A stretch of DNA of 64,000 bases from Bacteroidota bacterium (GTDB taxonomy: Bacteria; Bacteroidota; Bacteroidia; Chitinophagales; Chitinophagaceae), in contig CANGIZ010000003.1 of NCBI GenBank assembly GCA_947454025.1, forward strand, positions 301 through 64,300. Direction: 5' to 3'. Each line of letters begins with the position of its first letter. The first letter of the stretch is position 1. Made by a program: the position numbers and the translations under genes. Shown piece by piece: positions 30,439-41,714 of this stretch. The notes beneath the pieces are model-generated. The model was not told the DNA's origin. It was given only the letters and a program-made list of their open reading frames with translations, and did no database searches.

Positions 30439-33400
30439 TTAATCTTTAACATTGGTGTTTTTAATCGGCTTCTTATCGGACCATTCAGTGCGATCTAATT
30501 GATGATTGCCGGTAATGGTTTCATTTAAATTATCGGCATTGTATAAACGACCATTTTTCATTACATAACGAATTGAATTTGTGTTATGTATGTCGGTTAA
30601 AGGATCCTTATCCAAAATAAGTAAATCGGCTAATTTACCTGTTTCAATACTTCCTAAGTCATTTTCCAATCCCAATCCGGTAGCGCCTAAAATAGTAGCT
30701 ACTTTTAAAGCATCGTGTGTACGCATACCACCGCTTTGCATGGACCAAACCTCCCAGTGATAACCAAGCCCTTGCAATTGACCATGACTTCCGATACCTG
30801 CAAGTCCACCCGCTTCCACCAAATTTTTCATAGTGTTAGCATGCTTTTGGAATACATGTTCTTCAGGTAAGAACCAAGTAGCTCTTCGACGTGATTTTCC
30901 AGCCAATTCTTCATAAGGGGTGAAAAATTGCATTTTAGGATCGCTATATGGATTTGCATTTTCGTAATAATAATTTTCTGCCCATGGTCCGCCATAAGAA
31001 ACCAATAAAGTAGGTGTAACCGTCATCTTAGAAGCCGCAATACTATTAATCACATCTTTGTATAATGGATAGATAGGAATTGCATGTTCATGACCAGGAT
31101 AACCATCTAATAAATTGGTCATGTTTAATTTTATATCCAAGCCCCCTTCGGTTGTTGGCATTAATTGTTGATTTTTTGCAGCTTGAATCACCCACTGTCT
31201 TTGTTTTCTATTACCTACCAAATACATTTTAATATACTTCGTGTTATAGTATTTTGAATATTGAGACAATACCGATTCTGCTTGTGCAGAGTCTTTTAAA
31301 TTATAAGACCAATAGCCAACACCAGGTCCTGTTGAATAAATTCTGGGTCCTACCATTGCACCCGCTTCCACCATATCGCTATACGTTAATACATCTGTAG
31401 TAGCGGTTTGTGGGTCACGCGTAGTGGTAACACCATAAGCTAAATTCGCTGCATATACCCAAGCTTGATTTTTGTGAATACCCCAACTAGGCCACATATG
31501 TGCATGGGTATCTACAAATCCAGGAATAATGGTTTTGCCCGAAACATCTACAGTTTGTGTGTTTGAGGCAATTTGTATCGTTCCAGATTTACCAATAGCT
31601 TTAATACGATTATTGACAATATAAATATCACCACCATCAACAATTTCATCACCATGCATAGTGATGATTCTTGCATTTTTTAATAACACCGATCCATTTG
31701 GAATGTCTTTGTTATAATAAACATTCACCCATTGCTCTGTAGCTTTGAATTTAGGTGCTTCTTTTTTGTCATTCTTTTTTGCAAGATTGTCTTTGCTTGT
31801 GGTATCTTTTTTAGTGGTATCGTTTTTTGACAATTCTTTTAAAGCATCCTCCGCTTTTTTAGCAACTGCTAAACTATCATCAAACGCATAACTCTTATCA
31901 ATATCATACGTAAAGTGTGCAGCGCCTAAACTCCAATGAATGGTTTTACCATCAGCTTGCCAGCTAGGAAATTCTCCACCCATTTCAGTTAACAATTTAC
32001 TTGGGAAGGCGGCATTTTTTGCATCTGCCACCGAAATTTCTACCAACTTGCCTGTTTGTGGAATAGTAACAAAGTAGATATTGTTATTCACTTGAGCAAT
32101 AGCAGACTTGCCTAATGGTGATACTAAAATACGCGCAGCATTGGAAGGAGGATTGTTTTCTTTAGCAGCTTCGTCGCCATCCTCGGCCAACACTTGCGGC
32201 ACGATACATGGATCCCCCGCTGGTTTGCCATTATGTTGTGCTATACTTCCGTAAGTAGTGATACCTGTAATTTTTACAATTTCTTTTTCATCACCACCAT
32301 CCCATTGTATTGATAATAATTTACCATTATTGTTTAAATAGATTCTGTTTTCATTATTTACAAAGTGTGCATTGGATCTTCCATTGGCTTTGTCAATGAC
32401 ATGAATGGTGTTGTTTGTTAAATCCAACCAACAAATTTCATCTTCATCATCATTGTAAGTTGGATCTTTTGAATCCAAAAACTTTTGAGTAGAAGTTCGA
32501 TTAAATACCAAACGCTTACCATTAGGATCAACAGCAATGTCTTGATACAATGCAGATTCACTTGCGATGATACTTTCTTTGCCAGTTGCTAAGTCAATAC
32601 TATGAATTTGCCCACCTTGTGTATTCCAGGTTGCAAAATAAATAGTTTTGCCATTTGGATGCCAAGCAGGTTGCGCCTCGGTAAAATTATTTTTAGTGAT
32701 TCGTTTAGGAGTTCCATTTGGATAGTCCATCACATACAATCTATTCAAAACAGTGAATGCTAATTTTTTTCCATCAGGCGAAGGCATTGCATCCCTTATC
32801 TGTGTTGCTTTTGAAGCGATTGTGTCTTTAATAGGATATTTAAATAACACTTCAGGTCCCATTTCAATAGTGGCGTCTACTGTATATGCAATTTCTTCTT
32901 GTGCAGCCGTTTCAATATTTATTTTATGGATTTTTCCACCATAAGAACTGATTAAATATTTGCTGTCAGGTGTAAAAGTCATCGCCGGTAAAACCCCTAA
33001 TGCAGCAATAGATTCTTGATCGTCACGTTGTACCGGGTAGGCCAACCAATTTTCTTCACCCGTTGTTAAGTTTCTTTTTACCAATCCAGTTTTGTCTTCA
33101 AATCTGGATCCATACACTAACCATTTACCATCTTTTGATAATACAGGTGTAAACGCCGAACCATATCTGGAAGCAATGGTTCTTGTATTTCCTTTTTCTC
33201 TATCATACACGCCAATGCTATATTGTGGTAACATCGCATTGTAGTTCCAAGCACTTACTCTCGATGAATAATAAATGTATCTGCCATCGGCGCTCACTGC
33301 TGGATCAATTGTTTTTAAATTTGCAGGCGTAGCAATTAATTGAGTACCAGCTCCACCATTCTTATGCATTAAATACAATTTAGTATTGCGACGCCCTTTT

Positions 33401-33864
33401 GTATACACGATATAATTTCCGTCGGGTGTATATACTGCACCTGGAAAATTTTGGTTATTATCATCGGTTAAAGCAACAGTATCTTTTTTGGCAATATCTA
33501 TGTACCAAAGATTTTCGGCACCCCCTCGGTCTGAAATAAATAATATTCTTTTTCCGTCGGGACTAAAACTTGGATGGTTATCATAGGCTAAACCTTTGGT
33601 TACTGCAGTTGCCTTACCTCCTTCAATTGGAAGGGTGTAAATGTCACCCATTAAATCAAACACCAAGGTTTTGCCATCGGCACTTATATTTACCGATGTC
33701 CAAGTCCCTTCGTTGGTACTTAAAGCAATTGCTCTTGACGCTTTTAAGGGCAAGCCTTTAAAATTTGTAAAAACAGTGCTGTCCTTTTTAGGCAGATTTA
33801 TGGATTGGGCTTTTGATTGTATTAAACCCAGGCAGAGAAATAAGGTCAAACCGGTTAGTCTCAT
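30439..33864 (-). CDS. PD40/TolB-like beta-propeller fused to amidohydrolase
   Basis: Repeated SPDGK/PD40 motifs, then PGFVDTHAH, GVTT, GHEH, GSIETGKLADL. Confidence 0.9.
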   Translation of the reverse strand: MRLTGLTLFLCLGLIQSKAQSINLPKKDSTVFTNFKGLPLKASRAIALSTNEGTWTSVNISADGKTLVFDLMGDIYTLPIEGGKATAVTKGLAYDNHPSFSPDGKRILFISDRGGAENLWYIDIAKKDTVALTDDNNQNFPGAVYTPDGNYIVYTKGRRNTKLYLMHKNGGAGTQLIATPANLKTIDPAVSADGRYIYYSSRVSAWNYNAMLPQYSIGVYDREKGNTRTIASRYGSAFTPVLSKDGKWLVYGSRFEDKTGLVKRNLTTGEENWLAYPVQRDDQESIAALGVLPAMTFTPDSKYLISSYGGKIHKINIETAAQEEIAYTVDATIEMGPEVLFKYPIKDTIASKATQIRDAMPSPDGKKLAFTVLNRLYVMDYPNGTPKRITKNNFTEAQPAWHPNGKTIYFATWNTQGGQIHSIDLATGKESIIASESALYQDIAVDPNGKRLVFNRTSTQKFLDSKDPTYNDDEDEICWLDLTNNTIHVIDKANGRSNAHFVNNENRIYLNNNGKLLSIQWDGGDEKEIVKITGITTYGSIAQHNGKPAGDPCIVPQVLAEDGDEAAKENNPPSNAARILVSPLGKSAIAQVNNNIYFVTIPQTGKLVEISVADAKNAAFPSKLLTEMGGEFPSWQADGKTIHWSLGAAHFTYDIDKSYAFDDSLAVAKKAEDALKELSKNDTTKKDTTSKDNLAKKNDKKEAPKFKATEQWVNVYYNKDIPNGSVLLKNARIITMHGDEIVDGGDIYIVNNRIKAIGKSGTIQIASNTQTVDVSGKTIIPGFVDTHAHMWPSWGIHKNQAWVYAANLAYGVTTTRDPQTATTDVLTYSDMVEAGAMVGPRIYSTGPGVGYWSYNLKDSAQAESVLSQYSKYYNTKYIKMYLVGNRKQRQWVIQAAKNQQLMPTTEGGLDIKLNMTNLLDGYPGHEHAIPIYPLYKDVINSIAASKMTVTPTLLVSYGGPWAENYYYENANPYSDPKMQFFTPYEELAGKSRRRATWFLPEEHVFQKHANTMKNLVEAGGLAGIGSHGQLQGLGYHWEVWSMQSGGMRTHDALKVATILGATGLGLENDLGSIETGKLADLLILDKDPLTDIHNTNSIRYVMKNGRLYNADNLNETITGNHQLDRTEWSDKKPIKNTNVKD

Positions 33865-34026
33865 AACTTATAAATTTTAATGAAAGTTAATAAAAACCAT
33901 GCTAGGCTCCGCGCATTTCAAATGAATTAGTTGCCGTTCATCCATCCATATTAGTTTTGATGGAATTGCGACCCATTTTGTGCGCTCAAAGCCAATGGTT
34001 TACGAATTCAATCGTAATTTTACAAT

Positions 34027-36822
34027 ATGATAAAAAAATCAATTTTAGCACTTACTATAGTCTTTGGATTATTAATCAGTTTTCAGGTGCAAGCACAGTC
34101 AGTTACGATCGAAGGAACTATTGTTGATAGCATTGCCAAAAAAACATTAACATCAGCGACGGTTGCTTTGGCGCGTGCCAAGGATTCTTCCTTAATTAGT
34201 TTTACAAGAGCCAATGAGGATGGATTTTTTCAAATTAAAAATGTAGAAGCAGGAAAGTATTTATTATCCGTTTCCTATGTGGGCTATCAACACTTGTGGT
34301 TGGGGATTAAAGTGGGCGCTACCTCGAAACTGTCATTGGGTAAAATATATTTAGTTGATGCTAGTCAAACAAGTACTGTAACGGTAACCGCTCGAAGACC
34401 TCCTGTTGTTATTAACGGAGACTCAATTGAATTTAATTCAGAAAATTTTAAGACAGTACCCAATGCAGTCGTAGAGGACATGTTAAAGAAGATGCCTGGT
34501 ATTGAAGTAGATAAGTCAGGAGGTATAACCGTGAATGGAAAAACGGTAACAAAAGTATATGTAAACGGAAAAGAATTTTTTACGGGTGATCCTAAAATGG
34601 CCACAAAAAATTTACCTGCTGATGCGGTTGATAAAATTCAAGTGTATGATCGTAAATCCGATCAAGCAATGTTTACAGGTATTGATGACGGTAACGAAGA
34701 AACGGCTATTAATATTAAAACAAAAAAAGATCGTAAGCAATCTACTTTTGGAAAATTAACTGGCAGCGCTGGTGTACCAGGTCGTTTTGATGGACAAGGA
34801 AATGTAAATAGAATTAATAATGACGAACAATATTCTTTAATAGGAACGGCAAATAATACCAATAGACAATCCTTCTCAAATGGAGACATATCAAGCTTTT
34901 CAGGTGCTGGCGGCGGTGGTAGAGGTGGCGGTGGCATGAGCATTAATATTGGCGGCGGCGGTGGAGGAACCGATGCCAATGCACAAGGAGTTGCCAATAC
35001 TTATTCATTGGGTGGCAATTATTCTAATGTGCTGAACGACAAAAAAATGGATTTTAATGTGAATTCTAATGCTAGTGATGTTGAACGAAATAATATTAGC
35101 AATTCTTATACACAAAATTTAACGCCAGGTAATTTATTTAATCGAAGTAGTTATTCCAACTCAACAAGTAGAAATCAACAAGTTAAATTAGGAATGACGA
35201 TAGATAATAAAGTTTCTGAAACATTTTCTTATAAATATACTCCATCCATTGGCGAACAACACAATACATCTAATGGAATATCTACTACATCGACTTTATT
35301 GCCCGATGGAACTTTAACAAATGCATCAAATACAAAATCAGCAAGTGTAACCGATGCTTATAATATTTCAAATACTTTGTTGTTAAGAAAAAAGTTTGCT
35401 AAAAAAGGGCGTACGCTTTCATCTACGATTACGCAAGGATATAACAACTCTTTGTCTAATAGCAGTCAATATACCGACCAGCTTTTTTATACAGCAGGAA
35501 AAATAACGAAAGATTCATTATTGGATCAACAAAACAACCGTAAGGGTTTGTCGAAAAGTTATTCCGCAAATTTGGTATATACTGAACCATTGGGTAAAAA
35601 GTCGTTATTAGCATTCAATACTTTCTTGAATAAAAATATTGGCTCAAGCAGCAAATTAGTTTACGATAAAAACAGCACTACCGGTATGTATGATGCGTTA
35701 AACACGAGACTAACCAACGAATATAGCAGTGAATATACTTATTCGGGGGGAGGTATGGATTATAGATACAATCAAAAAAAATATAATTTTTCTACTGGAT
35801 TTTCCCTACAAGATGCAATGTTAAATGGCGAAAACACAAGTGCACATACAAAAATCAACCATGATTTTAAAGACATCTTACCGTCGGCCTTATTTGTGTA
35901 TAATTTTTCTCAAACACAAAATTTTCGTTTTCAATATCGTACTTCAACCAATCAGCCATCTCTAACACAATTGCAACCGGTATTGGATCAAAGCAATATC
36001 AACAATCAAACTATTGGTAATCCCGATTTAAAAAGAAGTTATACGAATAACTTAAACATCAGTTATTTTTCTTCTAAAATCTTAGCACAAAGAAATTTCT
36101 TTGCCTTGTTAAATGCACAATTCACAAACAACTCTATTGTGAATTATGATAGCGTATTGCCAAGCAGGGTAATTCTTTCAAAACCAGTGAACGTAAATGG
36201 TGCTTACCGTGTAAATGCAACAGCGAACTATGGATTTGGTGTAAAACAAATTTATTCTCGTTTTAATTTTGGTATAAATGGTGGAGTGAATAATAATATT
36301 TCTTATTCCAATGGTTTATTAAATACCACTTTAATTAAATCGGTAGGGCCAAGCTTTACCTATACTTATTCAATGGATGAAGTGGTTGATATTAATTTAA
36401 CGGCAAGACATAGTTATAGTAACACCAACAATGCTTTAAATGCAGCATTAAATACGAATTATGTAACCAGAATTTACGGTGCAGATGTAACCAACTACCT
36501 ACCTTTCGAGATCGTATTAAATCAATCATTGAATTATACTATTAATGAAGGACGTGCAGCTGGTTACAACACAGCAGTGCCCATTTGGAATGCAAGTTTG
36601 TCTAAATTCTTTATGAAAAACAAAAGAGCTGAATTAAAAATTAGCGCTTTTGATATTCTAAATAAAAACGTTGGCGTGTCTCGAAATGTTTCACAGAATC
36701 AAATTGTGGACCAATCCTATAATGTAATCAATCAATATTTTTTAGTAGGCTTTACGTATAGCTTGCAAAAATCAGGATTGGCAGGGGGGAATGGTGGACC
36801 AAGAATGACGATAAGAATGTAA
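34027..36822 (+). CDS. Outer membrane beta-barrel / TonB-dependent-receptor-like protein with carboxypeptidase-regulatory-like N-domain
   Basis: Signal peptide; VEDMLKKMPG, VNGKEFFTGDPKMATKNLPAD, GNPDLK, C-terminal beta strands. Confidence 0.85.
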   Translation: MIKKSILALTIVFGLLISFQVQAQSVTIEGTIVDSIAKKTLTSATVALARAKDSSLISFTRANEDGFFQIKNVEAGKYLLSVSYVGYQHLWLGIKVGATSKLSLGKIYLVDASQTSTVTVTARRPPVVINGDSIEFNSENFKTVPNAVVEDMLKKMPGIEVDKSGGITVNGKTVTKVYVNGKEFFTGDPKMATKNLPADAVDKIQVYDRKSDQAMFTGIDDGNEETAINIKTKKDRKQSTFGKLTGSAGVPGRFDGQGNVNRINNDEQYSLIGTANNTNRQSFSNGDISSFSGAGGGGRGGGGMSINIGGGGGGTDANAQGVANTYSLGGNYSNVLNDKKMDFNVNSNASDVERNNISNSYTQNLTPGNLFNRSSYSNSTSRNQQVKLGMTIDNKVSETFSYKYTPSIGEQHNTSNGISTTSTLLPDGTLTNASNTKSASVTDAYNISNTLLLRKKFAKKGRTLSSTITQGYNNSLSNSSQYTDQLFYTAGKITKDSLLDQQNNRKGLSKSYSANLVYTEPLGKKSLLAFNTFLNKNIGSSSKLVYDKNSTTGMYDALNTRLTNEYSSEYTYSGGGMDYRYNQKKYNFSTGFSLQDAMLNGENTSAHTKINHDFKDILPSALFVYNFSQTQNFRFQYRTSTNQPSLTQLQPVLDQSNINNQTIGNPDLKRSYTNNLNISYFSSKILAQRNFFALLNAQFTNNSIVNYDSVLPSRVILSKPVNVNGAYRVNATANYGFGVKQIYSRFNFGINGGVNNNISYSNGLLNTTLIKSVGPSFTYTYSMDEVVDINLTARHSYSNTNNALNAALNTNYVTRIYGADVTNYLPFEIVLNQSLNYTINEGRAAGYNTAVPIWNASLSKFFMKNKRAELKISAFDILNKNVGVSRNVSQNQIVDQSYNVINQYFLVGFTYSLQKSGLAGGNGGPRMTIRM

Positions 36823-36881
36823 TCACTCATAAATTGTATATTTAACCCACATTGTAATCATTTAAACGACTAATAAAGCGT

Positions 36882-37718
36882 ATGAAAAAAATAGTAACCC
36901 TGATTGTTGTAACCCTAGGTTTGGTTACATCGGCAATGGCACAAATGAAAGAAGGTAAAATTGTATATGAACGCAAGATCAACATGTACCGAATGGTAAC
37001 TGATCCCGAAATGCGTGCAAGAGTACCTGAGTTCAGAACTTCTCAATTTGAATTGTTATTTAATGAACAATCTAGTTTGTTCAGAACCGTTCCTGATGAT
37101 GAAGCACCTGATCCATTTGCTAATAATGGTGGGGACCGTGGTGGACAAAGATTTATGTTTAGAATGCCTGAAACATCTACTTACACAAATTTAGCTATAC
37201 AAACTCAGTACGAGTCGCGTGCAATGTTCGAAAAGAACTTTTTAATAGTTGATTCTTTAAAGCCATTGAAATGGAAAATTTCTGAAGAAACAAAAACGAT
37301 TGCAAAATTTTTATGTAAAAAAGCAACTACTTCTGTTCCTGCTCAAACGATAAGAATGGGCGGTGGTCCAGGTGGAAGACAAAATAGAAGTACAACTGAT
37401 ACGGCTGCTAAACCTGCAGCACCTGCCGCTCCAAAGGAAACTGAAGTAGTGGTTTGGTATACCGAAGCAATTCCAGCATCTATTGGACCTGATACTTTTG
37501 CAGGATTACCTGGTGCTATTTTAGAAGTAGATATGGACAATGGCGCAAATGTAACTACAGCTACTGAAGTTACTACTAAGTATCCAAAAAAGGAATTAGT
37601 GCAACCAACTAAAGGAGACAAAATGAATAGAGCACAATTCCAAGATGCGATGAAAAAAATTATAGAAGATATGCAAAAAGGCGGTGGTATGGGCGGAATG
37701 AGAATTAGAATGAACTAA
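36882..37718 (+). CDS. GLPGLI family protein
   Basis: WKISEETKTIAKFLCKKA, VWYTEAIP..IGP..FAGLPGAILE. Confidence 0.9.
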   Translation: MKKIVTLIVVTLGLVTSAMAQMKEGKIVYERKINMYRMVTDPEMRARVPEFRTSQFELLFNEQSSLFRTVPDDEAPDPFANNGGDRGGQRFMFRMPETSTYTNLAIQTQYESRAMFEKNFLIVDSLKPLKWKISEETKTIAKFLCKKATTSVPAQTIRMGGGPGGRQNRSTTDTAAKPAAPAAPKETEVVVWYTEAIPASIGPDTFAGLPGAILEVDMDNGANVTTATEVTTKYPKKELVQPTKGDKMNRAQFQDAMKKIIEDMQKGGGMGGMRIRMN

Positions 37719-39785
37719 TTACTTTCCCGATAGTATCCATTTCCAACCAAGTGCAATGCTGCGTGGCTCCCCAATATAATAGGAGTACGCAGCATTTCCT
37801 TTTACGCTAAAGTTTTTTGTAGCCATTGTTGAATAATAGGCATTACTAACATTCAGTATATGCAACCAAATGACTGATTGTTTGAACTGATAATTGAATC
37901 TTATATTCATTACATCAAAGCCTGGATATTTTGTTGCATTGGTTTCATCCATAAAATAACTAGCCTGGTGTTGCCATTCTATCAAGCTTTGAAAATGTGT
38001 ATTTGCTTTCCAAGAAGCAGTTAAGTTGCTCCAAAAAAGAGGTGCAGCCACCATTTCATTGCCACTCACATTCGCACCTTTTATACTTGTATTCACGTAA
38101 TTATGTTGGGCATTGGTTCCATTCCAATTCAATTCAAAATGTTTGTTTAATTTATATTTGAATTGATATTCTAGGCCAATATGTTTTGTATTACCACTGT
38201 TTTGATTCAAATTCACACCATCGGATTGTCGTACCGAAATAATTTCATTCGTTCCCAATAATTGATATAAGGAAAGCTCTGCGTACCATTTCCCTTTTTG
38301 AAGCCAAGTACCAATTTCATTATTTTGGAAAGACTGTGGTAGTAAATAGGGAACTCGAATTGCATTGTACATTTCGGTAATTTGAGGCGGCACAAAACCG
38401 CTGCTATAATTCATATAACCGCCCCAATATTGTTGGTTAAATGTAAAACCTATTTTAGGTGTGAACTGTGTAAAACTGTTATTGCTAGAGGGTGTGCTAT
38501 TGGGTAAAGCATTGTTAAATTGGTAATTAAAATGATCGTAACGCAAGGCTATATTCAGTTTTAAAGCTTTGCTAATAGTACTAATCATGTTTACATATAC
38601 CGCCTGGTTATTAATTTTAGTTTGATAATTTGTCACTAAGCTATCCTTAGCTGGGTAGCTAAATTTGGTATACTTACCAATACTCGTGTCTTTAAAAATA
38701 TCAATATAGTGTGCTATTAAATTTTGGTTTGATAAATCCATTACAGCACCCATAATAAATTTACTATGTAATGAAGGAATCCGAATAGATTGTTGAAGGT
38801 CTACTACAAAAGCATCAAAATGATTACTATTTTCCTGTCCTTTAAATTTGGTAGGATTGCTTGTGGAGGCAATTGCATAAGTTGGGTTTTGATCCATGGT
38901 ATTATCACGATACATGAAATTCAATAAGGTATGGTTGTTACTGTTCCATGCATAGTCTAAATATTGTCTTAGTCTTAATGCATTTATTTGTCGAAACGTA
39001 AAACTTTGTAGGGAATTAAAATTGCGTTGAAAAAAGTGGATACTATCAACAGCGCCGGTCATTTGAGCAAAATAATGAACATACTGTAGCGACTGGTATC
39101 CACTAAGCTTATTGTTTAATTTAAATTCATGTTTAACACTTGCCCCTTTTTTGTCATAGTTACTATAATCAATTGGACCATGTTCCTGTGCAGCCCAACT
39201 TACACCTATATTCCAGCCCCCATAGCTAGTTGGCTTCCCAGCAAATAAGTCAATTTTTTTTAAACCTATTGTATTGAATTGACTCGTTAGTTGAATTGAG
39301 GTGGTATCGGGCGTAGCTGCAGTAATAAAATTCACCACACCTCCAATAGCTTCTGCGCCATACAATGCCGATGCCGGGCCTTTAATAACTTCAACTTGAG
39401 CAATATTGTTGGTGTTCACCTCAATTAACGCATTGTTGCTAAACAAGCCACTAGTACGAATGGGCATTCCGTCCTCCAAATACAAATAAAGTCCCTTTAA
39501 GGAAATGGGCTGTCGAATGGCCATCATGTGCTGCTCGTTGCCAATACTTGGCATATACACACCGCTAATTTTATTTAATAGAAAATCAATTCGATTCGCG
39601 TTTGTTTCATGAATAGTTTGTCTGTTCAGCACCGAAATAGCAACGGGCGCTTCCACTCTTTTTTCAACGAATTTACTTGCGGTTACCAAGACGGTATTCA
39701 ATTGATTGTAACTACTGTCTTGACTCAGCCCTTGAACCGATATAAAAAGAGATAATACTAAGAATAACTTGGAGGCAAATTGCAT
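37719..39785 (-). CDS. TonB-dependent receptor
   Basis: VLVTASK, plug motif VEVIKGPASALYGAEAIGGVVNFIT, C-terminal GEPRSIALGWKW. Confidence 0.92.
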   Translation of the reverse strand: MQFASKLFLVLSLFISVQGLSQDSSYNQLNTVLVTASKFVEKRVEAPVAISVLNRQTIHETNANRIDFLLNKISGVYMPSIGNEQHMMAIRQPISLKGLYLYLEDGMPIRTSGLFSNNALIEVNTNNIAQVEVIKGPASALYGAEAIGGVVNFITAATPDTTSIQLTSQFNTIGLKKIDLFAGKPTSYGGWNIGVSWAAQEHGPIDYSNYDKKGASVKHEFKLNNKLSGYQSLQYVHYFAQMTGAVDSIHFFQRNFNSLQSFTFRQINALRLRQYLDYAWNSNNHTLLNFMYRDNTMDQNPTYAIASTSNPTKFKGQENSNHFDAFVVDLQQSIRIPSLHSKFIMGAVMDLSNQNLIAHYIDIFKDTSIGKYTKFSYPAKDSLVTNYQTKINNQAVYVNMISTISKALKLNIALRYDHFNYQFNNALPNSTPSSNNSFTQFTPKIGFTFNQQYWGGYMNYSSGFVPPQITEMYNAIRVPYLLPQSFQNNEIGTWLQKGKWYAELSLYQLLGTNEIISVRQSDGVNLNQNSGNTKHIGLEYQFKYKLNKHFELNWNGTNAQHNYVNTSIKGANVSGNEMVAAPLFWSNLTASWKANTHFQSLIEWQHQASYFMDETNATKYPGFDVMNIRFNYQFKQSVIWLHILNVSNAYYSTMATKNFSVKGNAAYSYYIGEPRSIALGWKWILSGK

Positions 39786-39790
39786 ATTTG

Positions 39791-39798
39791 CAAATTTA
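39791..39798 (-). promoter_or_regulatory. -7 promoter element just before receptor ATG
   Basis: TAAATTTG on minus strand, 5 nt upstream of ATG at 39785. Confidence 0.55.
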
Positions 39799-39845
39799 GT
39801 AGTTAATTTAGTTCTTCACTATTAAGTTGATTTAAATTCTATTCT

Positions 39846-41150
39846 ATGAAAAAGATATTAGCTCTTATTGTTATTTTGTTTTGTTGTTTCCTCCAATTAC
39901 CTGCACAGGTTAAAACAGTAAGGGAACAAGCAGTAATTGTAAATGATATATTATCGGATAGAATCAATAATCTACTCCCAGTGTTAATGAAACAACACAA
40001 AATTGACTGCTGGGTAATGATTACCAGAGAGTATAACGAAGATCCCATTGTTAAAACATTTTTACCGGCTGAATGGTTGGCTGCAAGACGAACTACAATG
40101 CTGGTATTTTATAACAATGGAATCACTGGAAAATTAGAAAAATATGCAGTGGCAAGGTATTCAGTTGGTACAGCAATTAGCGCAGCCTGGGATATAGCTA
40201 AAACACCTGATCAATGGGAGGCTTTAATGAATTTTTTACACCGATTAAATCCGCAAACAATCGCATTGAATACATCTGAGGATTTTGCACATGCCGACGG
40301 ATTAGATCATACTGAGTATTCAAAATTTATGCATTATCTGCCAAAAGCAGAGCACGCTAAAGTAGTGTCAGCTCAACCTTTAGCAGTTGCGTGGTTGGAA
40401 ACAAGAACAAAAAAAGAAATGGAGTACTACCCCGAACTATTAAAAATTACACATGCTATTATTAAAGAAGGGTTTAGCAATAAAGTAATTAAGATAGACA
40501 CTACCACAACCACCGATTTAGAATGGTGGTTTAGACAAAAAATAAGTGATTTAGGACTGATTACTTGGTTTCATCCTTCGGTTGAAATTCAAAGAAGAGT
40601 GTCTACAACCAAATCAAGTGAACAAGATATCGTAGTGCATAGAGGTGATTTTTTACATGTTGATTTTGGCATTAGCTACTTGAGATTGAATTCAGATGTG
40701 CAAGAGCAAGCCTATATTTTATTGCCAAATGAAAAACAAATTCCTGTGGACTTAGCAACTGCATTTACAAAAACCAATAGACTACAAGATATTTTAACTC
40801 AAAATTTTGGCACAGGAAAGTCGGGTAATGAAATATTAGCAAATGCATTGATGACTGCAAAATCTGAAGGAATGCAACCAAGCATATATACACACCCTAT
40901 TGGTTTTCATGGTCATGCTGCTGGTCCTACAATTGGTATGTGGGATATGCAAAATGGAGTGCCAGGATCGGGCGATTATAAAATGAATCCGAACACATGC
41001 TATTCAATTGAATTAAATGCAATGCACAATTTAAAAGAATGGGATGCACCGGTGAGAGTTGCCTTAGAGCAAAACGGATTTTACGATGGAAGCAACTTCA
41101 AATTCATTGATGGTCGACAAACTCAAATCATTGCGATTACATTTCCATAA
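39846..41150 (+). CDS. M24 family metallopeptidase (Xaa-Pro aminopeptidase-like)
   Basis: GDFLHVDFG, SDVQ, THPIGFHGH, SIE, LEQ metal ligands; signal peptide. Confidence 0.85.
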   Translation: MKKILALIVILFCCFLQLPAQVKTVREQAVIVNDILSDRINNLLPVLMKQHKIDCWVMITREYNEDPIVKTFLPAEWLAARRTTMLVFYNNGITGKLEKYAVARYSVGTAISAAWDIAKTPDQWEALMNFLHRLNPQTIALNTSEDFAHADGLDHTEYSKFMHYLPKAEHAKVVSAQPLAVAWLETRTKKEMEYYPELLKITHAIIKEGFSNKVIKIDTTTTTDLEWWFRQKISDLGLITWFHPSVEIQRRVSTTKSSEQDIVVHRGDFLHVDFGISYLRLNSDVQEQAYILLPNEKQIPVDLATAFTKTNRLQDILTQNFGTGKSGNEILANALMTAKSEGMQPSIYTHPIGFHGHAAGPTIGMWDMQNGVPGSGDYKMNPNTCYSIELNAMHNLKEWDAPVRVALEQNGFYDGSNFKFIDGRQTQIIAITFP

Positions 41151-41176
41151 TTTAATTGAACAATATCATATAAAAT

Positions 41177-41205
41177 AAAAACGCCCCTGCTATGCAAGGG
41201 CGCTT
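41177..41205. terminator. Putative terminator between convergent genes
   Basis: CGCCCCTGC...GCAAGGGCG hairpin preceded by an A-tract. Confidence 0.55.
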
Positions 41206-41243
41206 CTATCTTTTATATTATTTATTTAAAACCGTTCAACTAA

Positions 41244-41531
41244 CTATACTGTAACAACACTATTTGTTGTTCCAAAAACATTGGCTGCTTGTGCTTCAGC
41301 TTGATCGTCATTTAACCAAACCTTCTTGTCAACAAAGTATTTAAATTCATGAGTGCTTTCCTTTGGTAAATTTACTTCGGCCGTAAAAATGCCTTCTTTT
41401 TTCTTAGTCATTGCTAAGCCCTTTTTCCACTCATTGTTTAAACCTAAAATATCAACTTTTTTTGCTTCAGCATTTAAAGTGAATTTTACTTTTACGTAGT
41501 CCTTTGTTTTAAAGTATTTTTTTTCAATCAT
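41244..41531 (-). CDS. Isoamylase early-set / CBM48-like glycogen-binding domain protein
   Basis: MIEKKYFK..KVKF, LGLNNEW, EFKYFVD..WLND, NVFGTTNSV; start reassigned to 41531. Confidence 0.8.
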   Translation of the reverse strand: MIEKKYFKTKDYVKVKFTLNAEAKKVDILGLNNEWKKGLAMTKKKEGIFTAEVNLPKESTHEFKYFVDKKVWLNDDQAEAQAANVFGTTNSVVTV

Positions 41532-41663
41532 AGTAGTATGTTTTCCTACTATTAATACGCTCATGAAAAAAAGGTAACCCAATTGAGAAAATATAATTAG
41601 AATACTAACAAACGATGTCTCAAATTCAACGCACACAATCGTTTGCAATTGTTAAATAGGCCC

Positions 41664-41698
41664 AAAAAAAATCCCTCGCTTGTCGAGGGATTTTTTTT
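41664..41698 (-). terminator. Rho-independent terminator of DUF47-PiT operon
   Basis: AAAAAAAATCCCTCG-cttgt-CGAGGGATTTTTTTT. Confidence 0.85.
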
Positions 41699-41714
41699 AG
41701 TATCGAAGAAAGTA

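Noticed and set aside
33934-33942. CCGTTCATC resembling a LytTR (AlgR-type) site upstream of the barrel/GLPGLI operon
   Set aside because: Single copy with no properly spaced partner repeat; too short to support.
34905-34970. GGC/GGT-rich repeats
   Set aside because: They encode in-frame Gly-rich linkers of the outer membrane protein, not a DNA repeat element.
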